Assembly: GCA_965242965.1 (NCBI GenBank)
Contig: OZ251518.1
Coordinates: forward strand, 2,144,001 to 2,208,000
Length of the DNA stretch: 64,000 nucleotides
Direction of reading: 5' to 3'
DNA from: Candidatus Poribacteria bacterium
Lineage (GTDB): Bacteria > Poribacteria > WGA-4E > WGA-3G
Shown: in pieces, positions 10,940 to 19,833 of the stretch
How the letters are laid out: every line of letters starts with the position of its first letter
Position numbering within the stretch: the first letter of the stretch is position 1
Position numbers and translations under genes: made by a program
The notes under the pieces: generated by a model
The model's input: only the letters and a program-made list of their open reading frames with translations
What the model was told of the DNA's origin: nothing
Databases searched by the model: none

Positions 10940-11530
10940 TCAAACGGCATTCCGATAGGAATACGCTAATAATAGCCGCATCTCTTCCACCTGCACGCGT
11001 TGCAGGAATTCGGCGACATCGGCATCTATCGCGCTTTCGGCGGCTTGACACCAGTCAATAAACTGAGATGCGTCCCACGCCGCGTTGTCGGCGATAGTTT
11101 GCCCGATACTGGCGAGCGCGGCTGAGGGCGCGGCTGTCTCGTTGTAAAGAGCGAGAGCGCGGTTGCGGACTTCAGGGAAAATGGCGTGCGTGCCGACGCG
11201 CCCGAACCAGTATTTCGCATTGCTGTAGTCCGGTTCACGGCGGTGCATGATACCGTGCCAATAACTGCCTGTCGCATTCGCAAGCCCCTGCGAGATATCA
11301 TGCGATTCGTCTAACGCATCGTTCCAGAGGAGCAAGCCGCTTTTAATCGCATCGGCGAACGTGCTATCCTTCACATGCTGTTCCTCAAAAAGCGCGTCCG
11401 TGGATACCGCTTGGAGGGATTTGGTTAGATCCGCGCACGATTCCTGTTCCGGCACCAGCGGCGGTAGCGGGTTGCCCGTCTCTAATTTCTGAATAAAATC
11501 GGCAATCGCCGAAGTGTATGTTACACTCAT
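10940..11530 (-). CDS. Conserved hypothetical protein
   Basis: LDESHDISQ...SYWHGIMHRREPDYSNAKYWF block typical of an uncharacterised family. Confidence 0.75.
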   Translation of the reverse strand: MSVTYTSAIADFIQKLETGNPLPPLVPEQESCADLTKSLQAVSTDALFEEQHVKDSTFADAIKSGLLLWNDALDESHDISQGLANATGSYWHGIMHRREPDYSNAKYWFGRVGTHAIFPEVRNRALALYNETAAPSAALASIGQTIADNAAWDASQFIDWCQAAESAIDADVAEFLQRVQVEEMRLLLAYSYRNAV

Positions 11531-11658
11531 CAAAAACTCCTTTGCGTTCAAAATCTCTCATTGCAAAGTAGTTTACCACTTTTTTTTGAATAAATCAAGA
11601 TTTTTTGGGTTTTCTTATCCAAAAATTCAATTATTTTCGGTTAACATAAAAATAAAAT

Positions 11659-11687
11659 TTGCAATTTAACGAAAAATATGCTATAAT
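11659..11687 (+). promoter_or_regulatory. Sigma70-type promoter
   Basis: TTGCAA-17 bp-TATAAT with extended -10 TG. Confidence 0.65.
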
Positions 11688-11714
11688 TAACACATATATC
11701 TTGTGTGCTTTGCG

Positions 11715-12077
11715 ATGAAAATGCGAACAGCGTTCAAAAAAGCCATCATCGTGTTCATCGGTTTTATCGTCATCTTGGGCGGCGTGCTGCTCGGCGTTAT
11801 CCGACAATACTCACAATACGGCTCGCTGCCAGAAACCATGCAGATGGTAGATTTTTCTGGGATACTGCTAGCCGTTTTGGGTGCGTGTTTGCTGAGCCTG
11901 ATTAGCGTCGTGTTAACGTTTGTCCTCGCCCGCGCGTGGGCAAGCGAACAACCGCAGCTCGGTGAACGCATCGTCCGGCTCGCGCTCATCGTCAGCATCG
12001 CGTTCATCATCGTCTTCGGCGGATTAGCCGGCGGACTCATCGTTTTACGGACGTTGTGGACAATTGGATTTTTTTAA
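11715..12077 (+). CDS. Hypothetical membrane protein (about 3 TM helices)
   Basis: Three hydrophobic segments; downstream of promoter. Confidence 0.65.
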   Translation: MKMRTAFKKAIIVFIGFIVILGGVLLGVIRQYSQYGSLPETMQMVDFSGILLAVLGACLLSLISVVLTFVLARAWASEQPQLGERIVRLALIVSIAFIIVFGGLAGGLIVLRTLWTIGFF

Positions 12078-12078
12078 T

Positions 12079-12107
12079 TTGCATTTTCGTCACAAATGTG
12101 GTATAAT
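12079..12107 (+). promoter_or_regulatory. Sigma70-type promoter for infC operon
   Basis: TTGCAT-17 bp-TATAAT with extended -10 TG. Confidence 0.65.
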
Positions 12108-12223
12108 TAGACAATTGCGATTTCGGGCACAATCGCTGTGATAGCACGTGTCCGAACTAAAGTCTACACGCTTTGTCAATTAATCAATCAAAGCGTGCAA
12201 GCCTTAACTTGGGGGTGTGAAAA

Positions 12224-12769
12224 ATACACTACAGAGGTAGACGCAACCAGAGAACGAGAGCGCGACAGAGCCGCTCGAATTATCAGATTCGGGCACGCGA
12301 GGTTCTGCTGATCGACCAGGACAACAAGCAGGTTGGCGTGATGCCGACGCGCGATGCGATGCAGCGCGCTGAAGAAGTCGGTTTGGATTTGGTAGAAGTT
12401 TCACCGAATGCAAAGCCGCCCGTTTGCAAGATCATGGATTACGGGAAGTATCAGTATGAACGGAACAAGCGCGCGCGGGAGGCACGAAAGAAACAGACGA
12501 AAGTGGTGCTGAAAGAGATGCAGTTCCGGCCGGATACTGCCGAGCATGACTACCAATTCAAGAAACGGCACATTGAGGATTTCTTGAAGCAAGGTTGGAA
12601 GGTGCGCGCTACTGTCCGGTTTAAGGGACGCGAGATGCTTCATACCGACCTGGGGAGAAATATGCTCATGCGGCTTCGGGATGATCTCGCGGAAATCGCC
12701 GAGGTGGAACAAAACCCACGGATGGAGACGCGCGTCATGTCGATGCTCCTCACGCCGAAGTCGTCCTAG
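12224..12769 (+). CDS. infC: Translation initiation factor IF-3 (non-canonical ATA start)
   Basis: LDLVEVSPNAKPPVCKIMDYGKY; frame open upstream to ATA 12224 with GGGGGTG SD and in-frame TGA at 12218. Confidence 0.93.
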   Translation: MHYRGRRNQRTRARQSRSNYQIRAREVLLIDQDNKQVGVMPTRDAMQRAEEVGLDLVEVSPNAKPPVCKIMDYGKYQYERNKRAREARKKQTKVVLKEMQFRPDTAEHDYQFKKRHIEDFLKQGWKVRATVRFKGREMLHTDLGRNMLMRLRDDLAEIAEVEQNPRMETRVMSMLLTPKSS

Positions 12770-12878
12770 TCTGCTGTATTGGTGCCAAGCGTTCGGCAAT
12801 CGGCCAGCCGGTGCCGGACGCTGCGCGCTCATCTGAGAAGCAGGCCGAAAAGCAAGCCGAAAAGCGAAAGGATTTCTC

Positions 12879-13073
12879 ATGCCGAAAATCAAAACCCATA
12901 AAGGCGCAGCGAAGCGTTTTAAATTCACGGCGAAGGGCAAAATCCGCCGCAAACGCGCGTATGCAGGACACTTGTTCATCAACAAGTCCGCCAAGCGCAA
13001 GCGTAGATTGCGACAAGCCACGCTCGTCGACTCAAGCAACGAAAAACGCTTGAAGCGTCTTATTCATAAGTGA
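12879..13073 (+). CDS. rpmI: 50S ribosomal protein L35
   Basis: MPKIKTHKGAAKRFKFTAKGKI. Confidence 0.97.
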   Translation: MPKIKTHKGAAKRFKFTAKGKIRRKRAYAGHLFINKSAKRKRRLRQATLVDSSNEKRLKRLIHK

Positions 13074-13366
13074 GGGTGTTTCATAAATCGCCCAACGTCG
13101 CGGTGATAGGCCCCGCGCTGCGGAAAAAACGCCGCCCCTTCACGTAGGGCGAGGGCCTGTCCCTCGCCATGCGTTTGGTTGGCAGACCGCATCCTCCCTA
13201 TAGGTCAAGATCGCCTGATCTTGACCCGTTCGGGATCAGGCGATCCCGAACTACAGAGGTGGGGACAATGCCTTACGGTAGGAGGGACATCCTTGTCCCG
13301 ATACGGTGGGCATTGAGACCGGGAGGTCTCTCCTACCGGGGAGCAATCGAGATATGAAACACCCTC
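13072..13366. mobile_element. MITE-like element with REP cargo; 10-bp target duplication ATTCATAAGT
   Basis: GAGGGTGTTTCATA...TATGAAACACCCTC inverted ends; ATTCATAAGT at 13062-13071 and 13367-13376. Confidence 0.85.
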
Positions 13367-13457
13367 ATTCATAAGTAACGAGGAAAGTTAGCCCGCAGGC
13401 GCGCCGCGCGCCCGGGCAGTAACCGGCAGCCAAGCCGGTCGCGAGAGGAACCCGAAC

Positions 13458-13805
13458 ATGCCACGAGTAAAAACAGGGAGCGTTCGACGCAAACGGCGCA
13501 ACCGGATGCTGAAGCATTCCAAAGGCTATCGCGGCGGTAGAAACAACCTCAAGCGCACCGCTACCGAAGCGGTGGAGAAGGGATGGAACTACGCCTATGC
13601 ACACCGCCGTGCACGCAAGCGCGACTTCCGACGACTCTGGATCGCGCGTATCAACGCCGCCGCACGAGCACACGGACTCTCCTACAGCCGATTCATGCAC
13701 GGACTCAAAACCGCGGGAATTGAACTCGACCGGAAAGTCCTCGCTGACATCGCCGTCCACGATGAATCCGGATTTGGACAGTTAGTTGCCCTCGCAAAGG
13801 GGTAA
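13458..13805 (+). CDS. rplT: 50S ribosomal protein L20
   Basis: [33 protein letters not shown]. Confidence 0.97.
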   Translation: MPRVKTGSVRRKRRNRMLKHSKGYRGGRNNLKRTATEAVEKGWNYAYAHRRARKRDFRRLWIARINAAARAHGLSYSRFMHGLKTAGIELDRKVLADIAVHDESGFGQLVALAKG

Positions 13806-13818
13806 AAAAAATTTGAAT

Positions 13819-14175
13819 GAAAGGCTATGAAGGGACACACGTAAGCTGCTGAGCCCTCTCAATCAGAGATGCCGCGCCATCGGCTGGAAGCACGGCTTTG
13901 AGAGCAGCCGCCGAATTTCATCCCAGAGCCGCCGAACTGAACCCCTTCTAGTAGACGCGACCTGCCGGTCGCGATAGGGCTGTAGGTTCGCGCCGGCCGT
14001 TCACCGTTACCGAACAGAAATCAAGCGGGCAAATTTCATCTTCAACACGGGTAAGCGCGCTTACCTCAGGTAATGAGGACTCTCAAAGAAATTTGCCAAG
14101 CAGGGTGGTACCGCGGAAGTCGATGCCTGTCACTTTCGTCCCTAGCGTGGGATGAAGTGACAGGCATTTCTTTTT
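13819..14175 (+). promoter_or_regulatory. T-box riboswitch leader (Phe specifier)
   Basis: AGAGA and GGCTGGAA stem-I motifs, TTC at 13917-13919, AGGGTGGTACCGCG at 14102-14115, CGTCCCT antiterminator strand. Confidence 0.88.
14123..14175 (+). terminator. Intrinsic terminator of the T-box leader
   Basis: ATGCCTGTCACTT...AAGTGACAGGCAT stem followed by TTCTTTTT. Confidence 0.85.
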
Positions 14176-14223
14176 ATGGGTAGACGCGCTTTGAAAGCGC
14201 GCCTACCGGACGAGAGGCTAACG

Positions 14224-15240
14224 ATGCAAGAAGAATTAAACCAGATCCAGCACGAAGTGCTTGCCAAACTCAAACAGGTTCAAACGCTAGATGCCCTTGA
14301 ATCGCTCCGTATTCAGTATTTCGGACGCAACGGCAAGTTGACAACGGTGATGAAAGGCATGGGCAAATTGTCCAAAGCCGAACGGCCCGTTGTCGGCAAA
14401 CTGGCGAACCAGATTCGCGCCGAATTGACGGAGGCGTTTGAGCAGACGACGCAAGAATTGCACCGTCAACAGCAGGCACAACAACTCGCAGACGAGTCGG
14501 TGGACATCACGCTCCCCGGTCGGAAGCCTGCCTACGGCAAAGCGCACCCGGTTACGCAGACTTTGGAGCAGATAACGTCGATTTTCACACAGCTGGGTTT
14601 CCAGAGCGTTACGGGCCCCGAGGTCGAGACAGATTATTACAACTTCGATGCGCTGAATACCCCGTCAGACCATCCCGCGCGCGATTTGCACGATACTTTC
14701 TACCTCACCGATGGGCATCTCTTGCGGACGCACACGTCGCCGGTGCAGATTCGTGTGATGGAGCGGCAGCAACCGCCGGTGCGTATCATTGTGCCAGGGA
14801 AGGCTTACCGCGTCGATTACGATGTATCGCACACGCCAATGTTCCATCAAGTGGAGGGGTTGCTCGTGGATACGCATGTCACCTTTAGCGAGTTGAAAGG
14901 CATCCTCGCATCGTTTGTGCGGCAGCTGTTTAGCAAGGAAACGCAAACGCGCTTTCGGCCCCACTTCTTCCCATTCACAGAACCGAGTGCCGAAGTTGAT
15001 ATTTCGTGCACAGTCTGCAGCGGCGACGGGTGTCGCAGTTGTGGCGGCACGGGGTGGATTGAAATTTTGGGGGCAGGCGCAGTAGATCCAGAAGTATTCC
15101 GTGCAGTCGGCTATGACGCGGAACAAGTTACCGGGTTTGCCTTCGGGATGGGTGTGGAACGGATTGCGAATCTCCAGTTCCGCATTCCTGATATCCGCAC
15201 ATTTTACGAAAATGACTTGCGTTTCTTGCGGCAGTTTTAA
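14224..15240 (+). CDS. pheS: Phenylalanine-tRNA ligase alpha subunit
   Basis: HPARDLHDTFY, LLRTHTSPVQ, FRPHFFPFTEPS, GFAFGMGVER. Confidence 0.97.
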   Translation: MQEELNQIQHEVLAKLKQVQTLDALESLRIQYFGRNGKLTTVMKGMGKLSKAERPVVGKLANQIRAELTEAFEQTTQELHRQQQAQQLADESVDITLPGRKPAYGKAHPVTQTLEQITSIFTQLGFQSVTGPEVETDYYNFDALNTPSDHPARDLHDTFYLTDGHLLRTHTSPVQIRVMERQQPPVRIIVPGKAYRVDYDVSHTPMFHQVEGLLVDTHVTFSELKGILASFVRQLFSKETQTRFRPHFFPFTEPSAEVDISCTVCSGDGCRSCGGTGWIEILGAGAVDPEVFRAVGYDAEQVTGFAFGMGVERIANLQFRIPDIRTFYENDLRFLRQF

Positions 15241-15269
15241 TCAGAAAGAACTGCGATACCCCTTTAGCA

Positions 15270-15572
15270 CGTAGCGCGGGGGCCTGTCCCCCGCGTATGC
15301 CGTGGTGATGCGATACCCCATCTCTGTAGTTCGGGAGCGCCTGCTCCCGAACGGGTCAGGATCAGGCGATCCTGACCTACAGGAGTGATGCAGTCTGCCA
15401 ACCAAACGCATGGCGAGGGAAACCCGCTCGCATGCGCGTGTGGCATGCGAGGGCCCAAGCCCTACGTGAAGGCGAGGCGTTTTTTCACCGCAGCGCGAGG
15501 CCTGTTACCGCGACGTTGAGCGATTTATGAAACACCCTCAATAACGTAGCGCGGGGGCCTGTCCCCCGCGTG
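15270..15572. repeat. REP array with MITE terminal repeat between pheS and pheT
   Basis: Reverse-oriented copy of modules seen at 13072 and 29653. Confidence 0.85.
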
Positions 15573-15595
15573 CATGGAAATCAAGGAAGAAAAAT

Positions 15596-18034
15596 ATGAA
15601 CGTAACCCTCAATTGGCTAAAAACCTACATCGATTTCGCGCTGTCCCCAAGCGAACTCGCCGAACGGCTGACGATGCTCGGCATTGAAGTTGACTCGCTC
15701 AAGCACCTCGGTGCCGAACTTGCAGGCATCGTCGTTGGCAAAGTGAACTCGGTGCGTCCGCATCCGAATGCCGATAAACTCGTCGTCTGTCAGGTAGATG
15801 TCGGCGCGGCGGGGGAACTCCAAATTGTCTGCGGTGCGCCGAATGTGCGGGAAGGGCTGCTGGCACCGGTTGCAACTATCGGGACGGTATTGCCGAACGG
15901 GTTGACAATCAAACGTGCTAAACTGCGCGGGACCGAATCGCACGGCATGCTCTGCTCGGAAAAAGAACTCGGGCTCTCGGAGGATGCCGCGGGACTCATG
16001 GAATTACCGGCAGAACTCGCCGCTGGCACCCCACTCGCCGAGGCGTTAGGGTTGGACGATGTCGTCATGCAGTTAGAGATTACGCCGAATCGCGCCGATT
16101 GTCTCAGTCTTATCGGCGTGGCACGCGAAATCCGCGCCGATACCGGAAATCCGTTGAAGCTGCCGAGTGCAGAGTCAAGCCCGGGCGGGTTCTCCTACGG
16201 TGAGCGGATACCAACTTCTGTTATAATTGATGCGCCCGCGCTCTGTCCGCGTTACGCGGCGCGCGTCATTCAAGGCATTCATGTGGGGCCCTCTCCCGAA
16301 TGGCTTCAGCGTCGGTTGAAATCCATCGGCGTAGGCGTTATCAACAACATCGTTGACGTGACGAATTTCGTCTTGATGGAATATGGACAACCTCTTCACG
16401 CCTTTGATTACCACAAACTCGCCGAAAACCGCATTGTTGTGCGCCGGGCGGCGGAAGGCGAACAGCTAAGGACGCTTGACGCAATTGCACGCGAACTCAC
16501 TCCCGACATGCTCGTCATCGCCGATGCCGAGAAGCCGGTAGCCCTCGCCGGCATTATGGGGGGCTACGATTCGGAAATCACGGAAGAGACATGCGATGTG
16601 TTGCTGGAGAGTGCCTATTTCAATCCCGCCAGCATCCGTGCTACCGCCAGGGCGTTGGGCATCCACACGGAGGCCTCCTACCGATTTGAGCGCGGCACCG
16701 ACCCGGGTGCAGTCATCGCTGCGCTGGAACGGGCGGCGCACCTCATCGCCGAACTCGCCGGCGGCACTATCTGTGAAGGCATCGTTGATGTCTACCCGGG
16801 CGAAACGCCGTCTTGCCAGATTCAACTCCGTCCGGCGCGCGTTAATTTCATCTTAGGCACCGCGATGGAAGCGACAGAGATGGTAAAGATTCTGACTCGG
16901 CTTGGTTTTCATGTCGCGCGTGCAAATGCGGACAGTTATCAGGTTACCGCGCCGACGTTTCGCGCGGATGTCACCCGCGAGATAGATCTGGTTGAGGAGC
17001 TCGCCCGCGTCTACGGCTACGATAATATCCCGACGACGCTGCCAAAAGGGGATATTCCGGTGCCGGAACCAGATGTCAAAACAGAAGTCTGTCAGCGCGT
17101 CAAACGTTTTCTACTCGCATCAGGGATGATGGAGGCAGTCAACTATAGTTTTTGTGACATGCGCTGCTTTGACAAAATCCGCCTGCCTGAAAACGACGCG
17201 CGGCGCGAGGCAGTGCAGTTGCGCAATCCGCTAAGCCCGGAGATGTCCGTGCTCCGCACGACACTGCTGCCGAGTCTGCTTGAAAATGCGCGGCATAACC
17301 ACAATCATCAGATTGACACCATCGCACTGTTTGAGGTTTCCACGGTGTTCCTAGGCGGGACTGCGCGATTGCAAAACGCGTCTACCAACGCATGTAGCAT
17401 TGACGAACCGGAACGCGTGGCAGGCATCCTCGCCGGTGAAATGGGCGGCGGTGTCTACGGCGATGCCTATCGCGCGCCCGATTTCTTTGACATCAAAGGC
17501 ATTGTGGAGGGGCTGCTGGAAGTGTGCGGCATCGCCGATTATTCACTCGCGCGAACCGATGAGCCGTGCTTCCATCCCGGCTGCAACGCCGCGGTGTTGT
17601 TATCCGATGAACGCGTCGGTATCTTCGGCGAAGCGCATCCGGAGGTGCTAGAAAACTACGAACTGCCCTACAAAGCATACCTCTTTGAATTTGACATGGA
17701 GGCACTCTCGGCAGCGGCGACGTTTTCCAAACGGTTTGAGCCGATTTCCATTTATCCGAAGATCCAACGTGATGTGGCTATCGTGCTAGATGCCGAGATT
17801 CCTGCTGAGGCACCAGTGGCACTCATCTATGCGGCAGGCGGTGAGTGGGTAGAATCGGTGCGCCTCTTTGATGTCTACGTCGGCGAACCGGTGCCGGCCG
17901 ACAAGAAGAGCCTTGCGTATACGATTGCGTATCACTCCGCAACCGAAACGTTGACAGATAAAGCGGTGAATCGGCTTCATGAGCGGGTGGTGGCGCGGCT
18001 CCATCGGGAATTAGGTGCAGAGTTGCGGATGTAG
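15596..18034 (+). CDS. pheT: Phenylalanine-tRNA ligase beta subunit
   Basis: HPNADKL, IVCGAPN, EITPNRADCLS, GQPLHAFD, RFERG, FDVYVG. Confidence 0.97.
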   Translation: MNVTLNWLKTYIDFALSPSELAERLTMLGIEVDSLKHLGAELAGIVVGKVNSVRPHPNADKLVVCQVDVGAAGELQIVCGAPNVREGLLAPVATIGTVLPNGLTIKRAKLRGTESHGMLCSEKELGLSEDAAGLMELPAELAAGTPLAEALGLDDVVMQLEITPNRADCLSLIGVAREIRADTGNPLKLPSAESSPGGFSYGERIPTSVIIDAPALCPRYAARVIQGIHVGPSPEWLQRRLKSIGVGVINNIVDVTNFVLMEYGQPLHAFDYHKLAENRIVVRRAAEGEQLRTLDAIARELTPDMLVIADAEKPVALAGIMGGYDSEITEETCDVLLESAYFNPASIRATARALGIHTEASYRFERGTDPGAVIAALERAAHLIAELAGGTICEGIVDVYPGETPSCQIQLRPARVNFILGTAMEATEMVKILTRLGFHVARANADSYQVTAPTFRADVTREIDLVEELARVYGYDNIPTTLPKGDIPVPEPDVKTEVCQRVKRFLLASGMMEAVNYSFCDMRCFDKIRLPENDARREAVQLRNPLSPEMSVLRTTLLPSLLENARHNHNHQIDTIALFEVSTVFLGGTARLQNASTNACSIDEPERVAGILAGEMGGGVYGDAYRAPDFFDIKGIVEGLLEVCGIADYSLARTDEPCFHPGCNAAVLLSDERVGIFGEAHPEVLENYELPYKAYLFEFDMEALSAAATFSKRFEPISIYPKIQRDVAIVLDAEIPAEAPVALIYAAGGEWVESVRLFDVYVGEPVPADKKSLAYTIAYHSATETLTDKAVNRLHERVVARLHRELGAELRM

Positions 18035-18050
18035 TTGGAAGGATTGAAAC

Positions 18051-18848
18051 ATGCACGCAAACCGAATCCAAAACCTCTTTGCTGTCATCGCGCGTCACTA
18101 CGATTTCCTCAATTCCCTCCTCAGCCTCCGGCGAGACACGATGTGGCGGCGGGAGACAGTGCGGGCAAGCCACGTCACGCCGACGAGTAAGGTGCTGGAT
18201 GTTTGCACAGGCACAGGCGAGCTCGCGCTTGCGTATGCGGCGGAGATTGCGCTTGGACAGAACGCGCCTACCGCGGTGAATGAAAGCGGCATTGTCATCG
18301 GTTCAGACTTTTGCCTTGAGATGTTAGTCGTGGGGAATCAGAAAGTGTCGCGCCGTGGGATTCGCGTGCCGTTCATTGCCGCCGATACCTTCACACTTCC
18401 GTTTCGGGACAACACCTTTGACATCGTCTCGGTAGGCTTCGGCATTCGGAACGTCGCAAATGCGGAATTCGCCCAGAACCTCCAACAAGATTCAGGTTCC
18501 CAAACCGACATTACTGCCTCGGTTATCCGAAATTTGGAGATGGGTATCCGTGAGATGACGCGCGTCGCCGTGCCGGGTGGAAGAATTGCTATTTTGGAAT
18601 TTACGCAACCCGTGAATCCGGTATTTCGGCGGCTCTACTACTTCTATTTCAAGAAGATTTTGCCGTTCATCGGCAATCTCATCTCGCGCAATAAAGACGA
18701 TGCTTACGGGTATCTCCCGCGTTCAGTGCTGCGCTTCCCGAATTGCGAGGTGCTGAAAGACGTGATGGAAAAATGCGGCCTCACGGATGTGCAATTTCAT
18801 CGGAAAACCTTCGGCATCGTCGCGATTCACGTTGGAAAGAAAGTGTAG
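18051..18848 (+). CDS. menG: UbiE/MenG demethylmenaquinone methyltransferase
   Basis: YDFLNSLLS, LDVCTGTG, GFGIRNV, ILEF, AYGYLP.SV. Confidence 0.85.
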   Translation: MHANRIQNLFAVIARHYDFLNSLLSLRRDTMWRRETVRASHVTPTSKVLDVCTGTGELALAYAAEIALGQNAPTAVNESGIVIGSDFCLEMLVVGNQKVSRRGIRVPFIAADTFTLPFRDNTFDIVSVGFGIRNVANAEFAQNLQQDSGSQTDITASVIRNLEMGIREMTRVAVPGGRIAILEFTQPVNPVFRRLYYFYFKKILPFIGNLISRNKDDAYGYLPRSVLRFPNCEVLKDVMEKCGLTDVQFHRKTFGIVAIHVGKKV

Positions 18849-18893
18849 GCGCGGTTTGAAACCGCGTCAGGCTTCTTCAGTTCGTGCCCCTTA

Positions 18894-19823
18894 CTAGGCG
18901 TTCACCAACCGTTCCACATGCGCCACGACAGACTCAGACACGCCTTCCAAACTATAGCCGCCCTCCAACGCCGAGACAACACGGCCATCAGCAAATTCAA
19001 GAACTAGCTCGGTTAGCGTCGCAAAACCTGATGGGGTTACGGCTGTTGTCGAGAGTCTGTCAAGGTAATGCGCGTCAAATCCTGCTGAGATGAGGATGAG
19101 CTCCGGCGCAAACGTCTTTAACGCCGGGATGAGTATCTTCTCAAAAACGGCGATGTAATCGCTGTCACCGCTGCCGCCGCGCATCGGCACATTTAACGTT
19201 GTGCCTTGCCCTTTTCCGTAACCGCGTTCATTCCGTGCGCCGGTGCCGGGATAGAGCGGCGATTCGTGGATAGAAAAAAAGAAGACAGAGCCATCTTCGT
19301 AAAAAATGTCTTGCGTGCCGTTGCCGTGATGGACATCCCAATCGACAATTGCCACTCTCTCTAACTTGTGTTCCTTTCGGAGGTAGCGTGCCGCGATGGC
19401 GATGTTATTGAATAGACAGAACCCCATGCTCTGATTAGTGGTAGCGTGATGTCCTGGCGGCCGCACGAGGGCGAACGCATTTTTCGCCGAACCTGTTGCG
19501 ACTGCTGCTGCCGCCTGTAGCACGCCGCCTGCCGAAAGCCGCGCGATGTCAAACGATGCCTTAACGACAGGCGTATCATAGGTAAGTGGAACTTCCTGTT
19601 CGCAGTGTCGCCGGATGTGTTCGCTATAGTTCGGCGCGTGCGCGTAGCGGAGTTGTTCAATGCTAGCGTGCGTCGGTTCGATGTGGTGGAGTTGTGTCCA
19701 CACGTCGTTCTTCTGCAGTGCAGCGAGACAAGTCCGTAGTCGACTTGGCCGTTCAGGGTGATTTGGGCCGGTGTCGTGGTTGAGGTATTCGGGGTGGTAG
19801 ATGAAGGCGGTTTTTGGGTTCAT
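18894..19823 (-). CDS. Histone deacetylase / acetylpolyamine amidohydrolase family protein
   Basis: HPERP.R, RPPGHHA, GFCLFNN, DWDVHHGNGTQ, SAGFDAH, LEGGY. Confidence 0.95.
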   Translation of the reverse strand: MNPKTAFIYHPEYLNHDTGPNHPERPSRLRTCLAALQKNDVWTQLHHIEPTHASIEQLRYAHAPNYSEHIRRHCEQEVPLTYDTPVVKASFDIARLSAGGVLQAAAAVATGSAKNAFALVRPPGHHATTNQSMGFCLFNNIAIAARYLRKEHKLERVAIVDWDVHHGNGTQDIFYEDGSVFFFSIHESPLYPGTGARNERGYGKGQGTTLNVPMRGGSGDSDYIAVFEKILIPALKTFAPELILISAGFDAHYLDRLSTTAVTPSGFATLTELVLEFADGRVVSALEGGYSLEGVSESVVAHVERLVNA

Positions 19824-19833
19824 AAGGTTCCTT

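Noticed and set aside
12110-12160. Possible L20 leader RNA upstream of infC (TTCGGGCAC...GTGTCCGAA stem)
   Set aside because: A hairpin is present but cannot be matched to the Rfam model by eye; needs Infernal
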